DNA from: Candidatus Aenigmatarchaeota archaeon
GTDB lineage: Archaea > Aenigmatarchaeota > Aenigmatarchaeia > GW2011-AR5
Assembly (NCBI GenBank): GCA_016187335.1
Contig: JACPJW010000001.1
Location: 704,001-768,000, forward strand
Length of the DNA: 64,000 bases
Direction: 5' to 3'
Made by a program: the position numbers and the translations under genes. This document shows positions 63,755 through 64,000 of the stretch, one piece after another (the stretch's first letter is position 1; each line of letters starts with the position of its first letter). A model generated the notes under the pieces. It was not told the origin of the DNA. It saw nothing but the letters and a program-made list of their open reading frames with translations, and did not search any database.

Positions 63755-63901
63755 CTATTTCTTCATCTCTTCCTCGTAGCCTTCGCTGAATTCCTTGCCG
63801 GCTTTCTTTGCGCGTTTCGCGGCCTTCTTTATGGCCTTTGTGCCCTTCGCAGCAACGCGTCCTGCTTTCCTGGCAATTTTCTTCATTCTCAGCTTTGCCA
63901 T
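63755..63901 (-). CDS. 48-aa histone-H1-like Lys/Ala-rich peptide with an acidic tail, below the ORF-track cut-off
   Basis: MAKLRMKKIARKAGRVAAKGTKAIKKAAKRAKKAGKEFSEGYEEEMKK; AGGTGA Shine-Dalgarno. Confidence 0.75.
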   Translation of the reverse strand: MAKLRMKKIARKAGRVAAKGTKAIKKAAKRAKKAGKEFSEGYEEEMKK

Positions 63902-64000
63902 GCATATCACCTAATTAATAAAGTAGCAGGCGATAAGTTAAAAAATGGCACTAATGTATTATACGCATGGCTGAATTGGAAGTAATAGGATTCCTTGCTG

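Overview
Archaeal chromosome segment. A DPANN lineage such as Aenigmarchaeota is my inference from the compact housekeeping content, unsplit rpoB with split rpoA, an unlinked 5S gene and multi-intron tRNAs. Left part: the rpoH-rpoB-rpoA1-rpoA2-rpl30e-nusA-rps12-rps7-fusA superoperon. RpoA2 carries a LAGLIDADG intein, and the RNA polymerase bridge helix and trigger loop are both strongly non-canonical (no trigger-loop His). There are six tRNA genes, all interrupted, with 12 bulge-helix-bulge (BHB)-type introns at positions 15/16, 16/17, 28/29, 37/38 and 59/60. Many of these introns are built from two short hairpin repeat families that also occur between genes and in one coding tail. A ~6 kb tyrosine-integrase element sits at the 3' end of tRNA-Met and carries a Nudix-methyltransferase / CYTH / P-loop kinase operon bracketed by 40-bp direct repeats. 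An AT-rich island at ~55-61 kb holds an MTase, a possible REase, a transposase, a serine protease and an ADP-ribosylglycohydrolase. The most striking observation is at the right end: rtcB, the ligase that seals BHB-spliced RNAs, is itself broken by a 29-nt BHB-like intron and lies directly behind a free-standing LAGLIDADG endonuclease gene. All RNA folds, intron boundaries and family assignments were made by eye, with no database search or folding software, and several start codons were re-chosen manually.
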